A stretch of DNA of 64,000 nucleotides, taken from NCBI RefSeq assembly GCF_009914755.1, contig NC_060937.1; one strand, 5' to 3'. The notes under the pieces were generated by a model. The model ran no database searches. It worked only from the letters and a program-made list of their open reading frames with translations, and was not told the DNA's origin. The position numbers and the translations under genes are program-made. The DNA comes from the human T2T-CHM13v2.0 reference genome, Homo sapiens. Below, piece by piece: positions 1-12,829 of the stretch (position 1 is its first letter; every line of letters starts with the position of its first letter).

Positions 1-687
1 GACACAGAAAAAGGAAGAATGATACTGAAATGTTAACAGTGGTGCTTCTGAGAATGGGGTGATTTTTCTTTTCACAGTTCTCTGCATTTTCTATGACAAC
101 ATATCACACTGCTCATCATAAAAGATAGATGACCATAGCTTTCATTTTTCGCAGTTGTAGCTTTTGAAAAAATCAGCTGACTCCTTTTTCATTGTTCCTT
201 CATTGTGGTTTCTACTCTGTTCATTGCTTTAATCATGTCTGTAGTAAGCACACAAACAGATACAATACACTTTGCACGCTTAGCCCAATGTCAGAGGATA
301 ATGACTGTGGGATCACCGAGAGTTTAGAGTGGATTCCATCTTCCTGCCTGGCAATCTCCCGTATCAGGCGCAGTGTTTGGAGAAAGCAGTTTCCCCAACA
401 GACTCTAAGTGAGCAAGGGCAAGGGTGTCTGTGTCCCCATCACTCATCTGAGCCTCACGACTACACTTCACAGTTTGGGTTTTGTTTTGTAAAACACATG
501 CATGAATAAATGAAAATTTAACCAGAACACAGACAATCTATCTGGGAGACTGACAACTGGATCCTGATCAGACCTGCGTGGAAGCCTCCCCAGCAGATGC
601 GGTATCCACCTCCCTTCGCCGTCAGACTTTAGTTGGCTCTGGATGACATGCAGAGGCTCTGGGGGCATTTTACCAATACTATGGTTC

Positions 688-1003
<316 letters not shown>

Positions 1004-1642
1004 TAATCATATTCCTAATATCACTAGATAGTGAAATCAGCAGAGAGTTGCACATGTGTCGCAGAAAGACTCTTCTGTGCTAAGTACAGGCAGAGGATGA
1101 GAGAAGGTATGCCAGGACTGACAGAGGCTGAGGTCAGGCAAGGCGCTGCTGAACCATGTGTCCTGAGTACCGCTGGGCAGAGGAAAAGACGGGCTTTCGC
1201 TCATCACCCACGGGGAGGCCCCCGGTGTGATCGCTTAACCTTGCAAGGTGCACGCGACCTAATGACAGAATACCACAGCCCATGTTGTTGAAACCTTTTT
1301 AGAGAACTGACCTAAAAACTGTGGGGGTTACACAGCACTGTGTGGCAGGGTGTTTATGATCTCCCATGAGATGGCCCTTAATCTTTTTGGTTCTGCCTCA
1401 GTGAAAACCTTGATTCTTAATCGTCTGAATAACAAACAGGTCTTATGTTTCAAAATTTATGACGCTGCTTTCATAGTCTTTGAAAAGTTACGTTTTCCTT
1501 TCAACGGTAAATTGTTTCCCCCTTGGCCTTCAAGATCCATTGCATTTTCCCTCAGACAAATCAATGGCTATTTCCTCAGTGACAGTCTTGCTCTCAATTC
1601 TGGGCCACAGGTTTTGATGGCCACACAAGAAGTTTAAGGAAT

Positions 1643-1927
1643 GATCTCGGTGCAGTAGCTCACACCTGTAATCTCTGCACTTTGGGAGGCCAAGCAGGAG
1701 GATCTCTTGAGCCCAGGAGTTCAGGGGCAGCCTGGGCAACATAGCGAGACTTCCTCTGTACAAAAAATTAGCTAAGTGTGGTGGTGCATGCCTATAGTAC
1801 CAGCTACGTGGGGGGCTGTGGTGGGAGGATCAATTGAGCCAGGGAAGTTGAGGCTGTAGTGAGCCATGATTGTGCCACTGCGTTCCAGTCTGGGTGACAG
1901 AGCAGGACCCTGTCTCTTAAAAAAAAG
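1643..1927 (+). mobile_element. Alu (AluJ-like)
   Basis: Sense Alu dimer with A tail. Confidence 0.93.
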
Positions 1928-2804
1928 AGAAAGAAATAGTTTAAGGAATAGTCTCTATCTTAAAAATCTATTTGTGGAGGTGGAAAAATTTAGCAAATTA
2001 GGGAGCTACATAATATATACATGCAAGGGGATTTCAGAGAAAAGGGATATTCGTATCATACTAAAATGGGCAGTTGGGGAAAAGTGGGATTTCAGCTGGG
2101 ATTAGGAGTTGCAGTTTTGGATAAGAGGTGGGAGAAGGGAATGCATTTCCAGAAGAGAGCAATGTTTCCATGAAGGTGGGAACAGGGGTTGTGGGTTGGA
2201 AGCAGTGATTTTAAAAGGTGGCTTCTGCACAGCAGAGCCAGGCTGTGGCCATACTCTGCACATAGCAGACGTTCAATAAACACTTGCAGGACAGATGAAT
2301 GAAAGAGTGGGAGCCCCTCAACAATGCTGAGAGGGAGCAACAGGCTGGAAGTGCTCTTCACGAATGAGGCAGGGCCTCAGGAACAGCGTGGTAATCTCGG
2401 AGTGAGTGTCCAAGGCCTGGGCTGGGTGACAGGCAGACGAATGGAAAAAAGAAGGGACAGCAAGGAGACACATTCTGAAGACAAAAATAAAGCAGAACGC
2501 AGCGTCTGACTAGAGTCAGGGAATAAAAAAGCTATGAACCAGAGGCTAACCCTGGTGACCGGGAAAATGATGGCACCGTTTAAAGAGGAAGAAGTTGGGG
2601 CAAGTGCTGACCTGAGCTGGAAGAAAGGTGAGGGGGTGGCTGTGAAAGCAGTGGTGGAGACAGGAACGAAGACAATCAGGAGGCAGCTGGCGGCATGGGG
2701 CTGGAGGGGTCAGGAGGAGGGTCTGCACTGCAGCTTCCCCTTTCAGGCAGGACCACGGAGCAAAGAACAGAGATGAAGAGGGAGGCAGGAGACCACTGCT
2801 CCTG

Positions 2805-2833
<29 letters not shown>
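2805..2833. repeat. (GT)14 microsatellite
   Basis: Pure GT run. Confidence 0.97.
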
Positions 2834-2835
<2 letters not shown>

Positions 2836-4379
2836 GGTGGTCTGGCAGTGTGGGGACTAAGACTAGGCCGGGAGGACCGCGTCCTGCACAGCGTGGGGGA
2901 AGGCACCCTCGGTCTGTGCCTGACGAGCATCCCCAGAGAAGGCCACAGGCTTAGATTGTGTTAGGTTTTTGGAAGGTGTGCTTTGAAGTTGTTTTATCCT
3001 TTTAACTCTGTTCTGTTTTCCCTTAGTCTTCTGAGAAAGTTCATTTAGAAAATTCTGACCTCGGGAATACAGGCAGTGACCTCCCACCTCTCAAGACAAT
3101 GTGGGACCCTCGATGCGATCCCAGGCGGGGCTGGAGGGCGAAGGCCCCCTGAGGCCCCGCAGAGCCTGGCACAGCTGTGACAGCCACTTGCCTCCGATGG
3201 GTGAGGCTGGAGAGCCAGGGCCCGTGGTGCTCAGCTGGGGCCTCTGAGGCAGGGGTGACTCTGCGTCAGTGCCCTTTAGAGGGCCCAAAGGATGGAGTAG
3301 GGAAAGGCCTGTCCACCTCACAGGAAGGCAGGAGACCACTGTGGTCCTCAAGTGTCCTGTCCTGGGGGAGGGGTCAATGCAGTGCAGATGGGTAGTGCCA
3401 TCGGCTTCCATCTGTTCTCAGTACATCAAGAACGTCAGGAAAGGAGAGAGCATGGGCAAAAGTGGGGCCCGGGGCCCAGCAGAGGTACCCCAGATGGGGT
3501 GGTGTGGGTGGTGGACATCAGAGAGGAAGGAGGGTGTTGGAGGGAGGGTGGGGCGGGAGCAAGGTGGCTCCTTCCGGCCAGGAGGCAGTCAGTGAGGGCA
3601 GGCGTGGGCAGAAGGTCTCCAGAGTGCTGACAAGACTCTTGTCAGTGGGGTCAAAGAGGAGGTCACCTCCTCAGGCAAGAGCAGGACTCAGCCCTCCAGG
3701 AGATAAGGAAGCTTGATAGCAAGGACTGGAGAGGATGTGGAAGAGATCAGCTCCTGCCCCCCAACCCCACAACCCATTCCTCTGCACGTACAGGAGATGC
3801 AGGCAGTCAACAAGGGTTGCTGAGGCCTGCTCCCCAAAGGGGTGCCTCCAGCCCCAGGACGGCGTAGAACAAAACACAGGGTCTCCTGTCCCAGTGCAGC
3901 CCCCATGCTGGCGGGAAGTCACACAACATGAGAGAAGTTCCATGTGTCAGACTCCCGATACCCCGGAGAAGTGGAAAGCCGCGGAGGAGCATCAGTGGGG
4001 GTGCACAGGCCAGAGCAGACCGGGGCTCCAGGACATGGGAGCCTCAGGTATGAGGGCAGAGTGATCCAGGCCAGAAGGGGCTCTCAGTTAGGGGCATCCC
4101 TCGTGGGCTCAAGGGACGGCGAGGATGGATTACTTGAGCTCAGCAAGCTGAGGCGGGGGAGGCAGACAGGCCACAGCAGATGGGAAGAGAACCCGGGCTC
4201 TCACTTCAGTGTGCTGGGAAAGTACTGGAGGGATGGAACAGAAGAGTAGCCACGCTCACAGGGCCACCCTAGGACAGTCTATGGGGGCAGGGGCAAACGC
4301 ACAGCCTCCAGGAAGGAGGCTGGACCACAATCCAGAGAAATGATGTGAGCAGTCGAGGTGTGAGAAAAGGCCCGGCATG

Positions 4380-4620
4380 CCCCTGGGCTGGTGTCGGGAG
4401 GGCACCAGCACTGGTGCTCAGAACGGGAGTAATGGAACTGCCTTTTACCAAGATGGGGAGACCAGAGGAGGTCCAGGTTTGGGGAAGAAAATGGCGATCA
4501 TGAATTGTCTGGGACATGCTAAGTTTAAAATGCCTGAGACGTGTGAGTGTGGAAGCTGGAGGTGCACATCTGGGAGTTGTCACCAAGTGGCCCTGGATTT
4601 AGATCATTGAAGGGCAGGGG
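4380..4620. mobile_element. Degraded L2-like fragment
   Basis: gggacatgctaagtttaaaatgcctgagac resembles the L2 motif ttttggacatgttgagtttgagatgcct; purine-rich context. Confidence 0.5.
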
Positions 4621-4825
4621 AGGAGGAAACGGGGGCGACAGTAAAGCCCAGGGGTCTAACAGCATCCAGAGGGTGAGCACAGATGGGCCGGGCACCTGCA
4701 GAGGAGCTGATCACCACCAAGTGCAAGTTTTAGTTAAGTCTCTGGAACGCAGTCACAGCCAAAAGGTATAATTTGTACCACACTTGATTCCCTCTCATAA
4801 TATCATATTGACAATTAAAAAGAAA

Positions 4826-5110
4826 TTTTTTTTTTGAGACAGGGTCTCCCTCTGTTGCCCAGGCTGGAGTGCAGTGGTACAATCTCGGCTCACTGCAACC
4901 TCTGTCTTGTGGGTTCAGGCGATTCTTGTGCCTCAGCCTCATGAGTAGCTGGGATTACAGGCACCCACCACCACACCTGGCTAATTTTTGTATTTTTAGT
5001 AGAGACAGGGTTTTGGCTGTTGACCAGGCTGGTCTGGAACTCCTGACCTCAGGTGATTTGCCTGCCTTGGTCTCCCAAAGTGCTGTACAGATGAGAGCTA
5101 CCACGCCTAG
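4826..5110 (-). mobile_element. Alu (AluS-like)
   Basis: Antisense Alu dimer. Confidence 0.95.
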
Positions 5111-5729
5111 TCTATACTGACAATTTACAACACTGTTACTTGGTTTACAAATTAGAGGTAATATAATATGGAGTAAAGCTAGGTAAATTAATTTTGTATT
5201 AAGTGTTTGTGATTGCCTGGAACACTCATGAGTAGGATTTTGAGGGTCACAAGTAGGCTTACCCAGAAAGAGTTCTATGTTTAACTATTAATGTCTGTGA
5301 GGGTTTGGTACAGGGCAATGGTGGTTCAGATGCTCATTTTTGCATTCCTGGTTTAAGCACATTTCTACGAGGGCATGGTGAGCTGTCACAAATATTAAGT
5401 CACAAATATTATATGATGAAAATGGGCTTATCTAGTTAGTCATCTTTTCAGCCACCGGCAAGACTGTCTTCCATTAGCCTCTTTCATTCCTTGCCTATTT
5501 CAAGCTTTTGCACCTAAAGACTGTAATTTCCAGATACCACAAGACCTAGCCTATGGTGTTTGGTACATCGTCCCACCCTTTTCATAGTTCTCATCTGACT
5601 TTTTAAAAAATACAGAATTCAAAACAAACCTGTCAAAATAACAAAAGGAACAAAAGACCTTTTCTTGTACTCTATATGGCTGACTTCAACATTTAGCACT
5701 GTTCAAGCAAGAGGAAAAGCAGGTCTTTA

Positions 5730-6246
5730 GATTATAAATCATGCTGCCATAAAGACACAAGCACATGTATGTTTACTGCAGCACTATTCACAATAGCAAA
5801 GACTTGGAACCAACCCAAATGTCCATCAATGATAGACTGGATTAAGAAAATGTGGCACATATACACCATGGAATACTATGCAGCCATAAAAAAGGATGAG
5901 TTCATGTCCTTTGTAGGGACATGGATGAAGCTAGAAACCATCATTCTGAGCAAACCATCGCAAGGACAGAAAACCAAACACCACATGTTCTCACTCATAG
6001 GTGAGAAGTGAAAAATGAGAACACTTGGACACAGGGTGGGGAACATCACACACTGGGGCCTGTTGTGGGGTGCGGGGAGGGGGAAGGGATAGTATTAGGA
6101 GATATACCTAATGTAAATGACAAGTTAACAGGTGCAGCACACCAACGTGGCACATGTATACATATGTAACAAACCTGCACATTGTGCACATGTACCCTAG
6201 AACTTAAAGTATAATAATAATAAAAAATTAAATTAAAAAAAAAAAA
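5730..6246 (+). mobile_element. 5'-truncated L1PA (approx. PA4-PA6): ORF2 end, 3'UTR, poly(A)
   Basis: ORF2 C-terminal peptide MFTAALFTIAKTWNQPKCPS, G-rich 3'UTR and A tail. TSD gaaaagcagg(t/c)cttta at 5714-5729 and 6247-6262. Confidence 0.96.
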
Positions 6247-6519
6247 GAAAAGCAGGCCTTTAAAAGCTGGTTTAGAGTCACTTATAATTTAGTGCCACAG
6301 TTCAATTACACAGACCAGCATGAAAGAGGAAAATCCTGAATCTCTGAAGTTTCACACTGACAGAACATATTAGTTTTCGTCTCCGGAAGAAAATGACAGA
6401 AGGCTACCCCTGTTACCCACACCAGCAGGACACCCAATGGCAACAGTTCTAGATATACAGCACTTGGTATCTGGTAGGACAAGTCCCCCAACCTTGTTCT
6501 CCAAATGTGTCTTTCGACA

Positions 6520-8080
6520 ATTTTTGGCTTTTTACTTCTAACACAGGAAACTTAGGTATAGTTTTCCAAGACCCACAAAAATCCAAGATAGGGTTTGGAT
6601 TGGAAATGCAGTAAGTTTAGAGATGAATCAGATTTACTTCTGTACACTCATTTCCCACTAGCAAGTGCAATGGCTTCACTGCTGCGACACTTCTTTAATG
6701 CCCTGAGCCTTAGGATGCTGTCCCTGAAGTTCTCACACATCTATTAGATTTATCCCTCCATACTTCTTTACAGTTGTTCTGAAGAGTTTTTAAAATTTTC
6801 TGCTTGATTGTTATTAGTACTTAGGAACATTCCTTTTGTATGTTGATATTGTATCCAGCAACCTGTTACAAAGGCTTTTCTAGTTCTAATAGATTCTTTT
6901 GGATTTTCTGTGTAGACATAGAAATAATCTACTCTTAAGGATAAATTTGTCTCTTCCTTTCCTAAGTCTAATACCTGTTATTTCTTTTTCTTGTTTTCCC
7001 TTTGCTGGCCAGGACTTCTAGCATAATACGGTGTGGTAACATATTTTCTTGTTTCTGACTTTAATATGAATGCTTTTAAAGTTTTATCATTGAGCACGAT
7101 GTTTTAATTTTTATCAGACTAAAGACATTTCCTTCCAGTCTTTCTTTGCTAAAAAGTTTGTTCTGTTTTCAATTTTTTAAACTATGAATGACTACTGGTT
7201 TTAATGCAACACTTTTTTCCTCCATCTATTGTGATTTTTTAGATGTTAATCACTAAAGAGGGTAAGTCCTCTTTGTTATGATTTAATTACCTTATTTTTT
7301 TGAGACAAGGCCTTGCTCTGTCACTCAGGATGGAATACAGTGGCATGATTACAGCTCACTGTAACTTTGAACTACTGGGCTCAAGCAATCCTCCTGCCTC
7401 AGCTTCCCAACTAGCTGAGACTACAGGCACACACCACCACAGCCGATTAATTTTTATTTTCATTTTTATTTTGTGAAGATGGGGTCTCACTATATTGCCA
7501 GGGTTGGTCTCAAACTCCTGGCCTCAAGCCATCCTCCTGCCTCAGACTCCCAAAGTGCTGGGATTACAAGTGTGAGCCACCACGCCTATCAATGATTTTA
7601 TTTTTAATATCCTAGCACATTCAATTTGCTACTACTTTATTTTCGATTCTTATATGTTCATATTTAAGACTGGTTTCAGCTTTTCTGTCCTATCATCAGA
7701 TTTTGGTATGAAAGTTATTTTAACATGAAAATTTTAAAATTATCTGAATAAGCTCATATAAGAATCTCCTATAGAAGAGTTTGGGACTAATGTCTTTTTT
7801 TTTAGGGGGGTAGGAGGGAAGACTTAATTACAAATTTAATTTCATTAACTGTTACTAACATACGTAGGTTTACTGTTTACTAAGTCAAATTTGGTCACTT
7901 ACATTTTTTAGAAAATTTTCCACTTTATGTTTCAAATTTGTTGGCATAAAATTATTCATGGCATTTTCTTATGATTTTGAAACGCTATGGTGTTTGTAGT
8001 CAAATTCCTTTGGTTCCAAATATTGTTTATTTGGGGATTTAAAATATTAGTCTTGCTAGTTTATCTTTTGTTAATGAACC
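6520..8080 (-). mobile_element. Old L1 (L1M) antisense fragments, interrupted by an Alu
   Basis: T-rich degraded L1 ORF2-like sequence (ggattttctgtgtagac, tttgctggccaggacttctagca). Confidence 0.6.
7295..7590 (-). mobile_element. Alu (AluJ-like)
   Basis: Antisense Alu dimer. Confidence 0.93.
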
Positions 8081-8713
8081 AACTTTGACATGCTTTTAAA
8101 AATGACAGGTTATTTTATTTTCTCCCTTGTCCTATTTTGTATGCCATATTCATAATATATAGAATAAATCTATAGGAGTCCTATAGATCTTTTCAATAGA
8201 TAATGAAGATTTTAGTATTTGTTGGCATTACTATAAAATACACATATACAGTTTAAGAGTATCCTTGATCTCAAAGTTATGTGGTTATTGTATAGTTCCA
8301 GGGGTTTCCATTTCTAATTTACATGCAGAGATATGTGGGTTCTATTCTTGATGTTTCAATAATCTAATGCTGTTGCAGGAAACATTACTCTCATCCAGAG
8401 CCAACTGATTTAGGAATATTATAAATTTAATTTTCAACTTCTTTAATAGTTCTAAGTCATTGCTAGGATTATACATTTTTATATTTTAAATGTACTTATG
8501 AAATAAGAATGTATGGAAAGCATGTACGACAGTGTCTGCCATCTATGTATTATTATTATTTCTTTTATTTTCTTTTTCATGTGGGGATTTCAATCTTTTA
8601 TGCATACCTGAAAAGTCATATGCTCTTAAATCTTTATTTGGCTAAAGTAAATATGGTGAACAGTTTTCATCTCTAGTCAAAGGGAGGAACTAATCTTTTT
8701 TTACCTTTTATAA

Positions 8714-9045
<332 letters not shown>

Positions 9046-9859
9046 TAGTGAGAGCTAATTTTAAACTGGAAGTAATTAAAACAGCTGTGTTAATTTAAAA
9101 AATTGTCTTCAATATTTTATACTCGAGAATGGCAAAATTTAAAATATACTATTTATCTACAGTCTTTCTTCTTGAAATACTTGAATAAATATTCCCTCTA
9201 GAAATCAGCACTAAAGCACCATTTCCACAGGGAGTTCTAACATTAAGCTAGAAAATTAACAGCTGGTTTAGTTTCAATTCAATTGACAGGAAAATGTAAA
9301 GAGTTGCAGCGTAATTAGAAACAACTGCCTGCCAAGACGCCCCACTGGGGTTCCTTTCAACCCTCCAGAGACCTCCCAGCTCCATCTCCCAGTGGAGCCC
9401 TCTGGTTTCTTCTGCCAATTATTAAAGGGCATTGTAAGTTTTAATAACTTCTGTGAACCACTTAAGAATTCCACTGAAATTATTTACTTATCCAAACATT
9501 TATTCAGACATTTTAGTGATGTGTTAATGTATTTCCTTCAATGTTTTAGTCCTCAAAGTTTTAAAAATTGAATAATGAAAAAAAGTGACTTCCTTAAGGT
9601 AAAATTGAACTTAGCAGTACCCCACTTTCTGAGGGGTGGCTTGGGGCAAGGGTAAGTAATAGAGAAAATTACAGGGGTGCTTCAGCATAGCAGCGATCAG
9701 AACAGGCTTTTGTCATGTCTAAAACACAAGTCATGATGTCTGAACAGATGACCAAACACTGACCTCATAAACACAGTGCAGTCAGTTAAAAGGCAATTTC
9801 CTCATATAAATCCAAATGACATCCTTCAGGAACCTTACTCATTATCGACAGAAGAAATA

Positions 9860-10030
9860 TGGAATCTTAGCATTTTGGCAAGGGATGAACCTTAGAAGTG
9901 GTCTAGTTTATGCTCCTTATTTTACAAACTGGGAAATGGCAGCTCAGAGAGGGTCCTGAGACTTGCCTAAAGTTGCACAGCCCACAGTGCTGACACCAGC
10001 ACAGAAGTGCCCAACCTCCAACTCCTGGCC
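9860..10030. mobile_element. MIR
   Basis: MIR core attttacaaactgggaaa...gctcagagaggg...acttgcctaaagttgcacagc. Confidence 0.75.
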
Positions 10031-10309
10031 CAACTTCCCTTCCCCTCCCACACCACTTCATGGGCGATGCAGCAGGCAGACTGTTCAGCTTATGACACTA
10101 TGTATTACATGCCTTTTGCATTTTATTATATTCTAACATACTGGAATACATATGTTTAGAAATGTGGGCTGGAGTACATGTTAAGCTTTCACTTTTTTTT
10201 TCCAGTCCAGACTGTCTCAAGGGGGGTATTTTTATCTTTTATAAAAATGGTTAAATATTACTGATATGCTAAGGACAGCCCAATTACTTCATCACAAATT
10301 TGAATTATC

Positions 10310-10572
10310 TTTTTTTTTTTTTCTGTCACACTTATGGCTTACTGCAGCCTCAATCTCTTGGGCTCAAATGATCCTCCTGCCTCAGCCTCCTGAGTAGCTG
10401 GGACTATAGGTTTGTACCACCACACTGGGCTAATTTTATAAAAAATATTTTGAAGTGACTGTATCTCACTATATTGCCTGGGCTGGTCTCAAACTCCTGG
10501 GCTCAAGAGATCCTCCTGCCTCAGCCTCCCAAAAAGTGCTGGGATTACATGCATGAGCCACCACACCCAGTC
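10310..10572 (-). mobile_element. Alu (AluJ-like, partly deleted)
   Basis: Antisense Alu with flanking gaattatcttttt repeat. Confidence 0.9.
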
Positions 10573-11022
10573 AGAATTATCTTTTTAAAGTAAATTCAGA
10601 TATTTTTACTCTTGCTTAGTGAACAAAATCCCACAACCTGATAATTATGGTATTTTATTATTCCACTGATATTACTGATAAAAATTACATCTGTCAAAAT
10701 ATTTTCTATTTTTTTGCAGAAATAATTTCTATAGTATTAGTATGATTTCACTTTTCTTACTCAAATCTACTTCTATTGCTGTGTAACCAGAAATTGCTTC
10801 TATGTTCTAGAATAAAAGATTTATTTTAAAATCAACAGGAAATGGAGTTTCAGGAATAAATAAGCAATAATCCATGGAGATAATCAGGAGGTCTAAATGT
10901 AAAAAGCTAATTAATTTTTATATCTAGTATCATTAGTTTGTTAACAGTAAATTTAAAGCAAACCAATTCTTCAAATTAAATAAGACACATAAGAGTGTGG
11001 AAACTATTCACATCAACCATTA

Positions 11023-11389
<367 letters not shown>

Positions 11390-11785
11390 GCAAGCAGTAG
11401 AGTACTAACCTAGTTATCATGAGGAATTTTCCACCACTGTAGGAATGAAAATTAAGATGAAACTTTATTATTTTTATTGCCTTTAAGCATTATACAGAAA
11501 TTGCAGAAACATACTGTTTTTTAGAGACATATATGCTGTTGTCACATATATTGGATTTTTTCCCTCCTCAATTCAGTAAACATTTATTATTATTATAAAA
11601 CATTATTACCTATTGTGTGTGGCACTGTGCCACACACTGAGGACAGCAAAACAATTAAGATCCAGTCCTCACTCTCAGGAGATTCATTTGCAATCTATGA
11701 GAGAGGCAGAGTGGCAAAAAACAGATCAAAATGTAAGTACTACATAGTACTGGGAATAGCTACCATCCAGCGGAGGGAGGAAGAA

Positions 11786-11889
11786 GGCATGGTGGTAGAC
11801 GCCTGTAGTCCCAGCTACTCGGGAGGTTGCAGTGAGCCGAGATCGCACCACTGCACTCCAGCCTGGGTGACAGAGCGAGACTCCATCTC

Positions 11890-11918
<29 letters not shown>
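11786..11918 (+). mobile_element. Alu right arm, 5'-truncated with internal deletion
   Basis: gctactcgggagg joined directly to ttgcagtgagccgag; long pure A tail. Confidence 0.92.
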
Positions 11919-11921
<3 letters not shown>

Positions 11922-12829
11922 TGCGATAAACGTAATTTTTCGTTTCAAATGTAGTGTGTACACGTTATTTTAGCTAAGAGAAATGAATATAATAAGTTAA
12001 AATGTAAGTAACATTCAAGAAAACTGGGTCAAAAATATTTTCCTTATTGGCAAAAAATTTTGTTACCCGCCATTCTTTTAAGACAGCTTTCAGCCAGTTA
12101 ACGGTTCCTGGTTAAGAAACAGTACTGTCTGATTTGTTAGAGTAGTACCGTTTCGTGAATTACTTTCCACTACAGCAACACATGCATTGCCCTTATGAGA
12201 TGCTTATCTCGATATGAACCAAACTGCTGAGCAGGTGGAATCTGTGCCAAACTAGCTGATGTTTACTTTGAACACACTGATATTCGGAAAATAAATCCCT
12301 CTTTTTTCCTCTTTAATCTTTTAATGTTTGTCTTGCACATGGATGGACCGCCAGTGAAGTGATGCGCACATCATAAATCACCATGGTTTTTAATTCCTGG
12401 GTGATGAGACCCATAATTCGCTTGTCAGCTGTTTGTATAGAATCATTTTTAAATGGCATGTTTTGGAGACATCTTGATAAAATAAAAACTGGAGTTCTAA
12501 AGTTGCAGTCACATATTCACGAACCGAGAACTCTACATGGTAGGATGAATTTTGCTCACTAGTGTGGAGTCGGCAACAAAGCAAATGCAGCCGCGTCACT
12601 GCCGTTTGTTTTCTCAAGTCTCCTACGGGAAGGGGCTCGGACAGTGCTTTTCCACTCCTCTGCAAATTCCTTATAGTTGAACACATCATAACAAACATAC
12701 AGGTCGAGAAATCTGGTCGTGGCATTAATAGCTACAGTGTTTCTTAAAAATAAAAAGTTTTAAAAAGTTTCTGAAAAAAATGTAGGCGAGCCAACCTTGT
12801 TTCTAAACAATCCCAACAGGACTTTTAGG

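Noticed and set aside
5385-5411. gtcacaaatatta tandem repeat
   Set aside because: Ordinary 14-bp slippage duplication.
5769-6011. 80-aa ORF MFTAALFTIAKTWNQPKC...
   Set aside because: L1 ORF2 C-terminal remnant, not a host gene.
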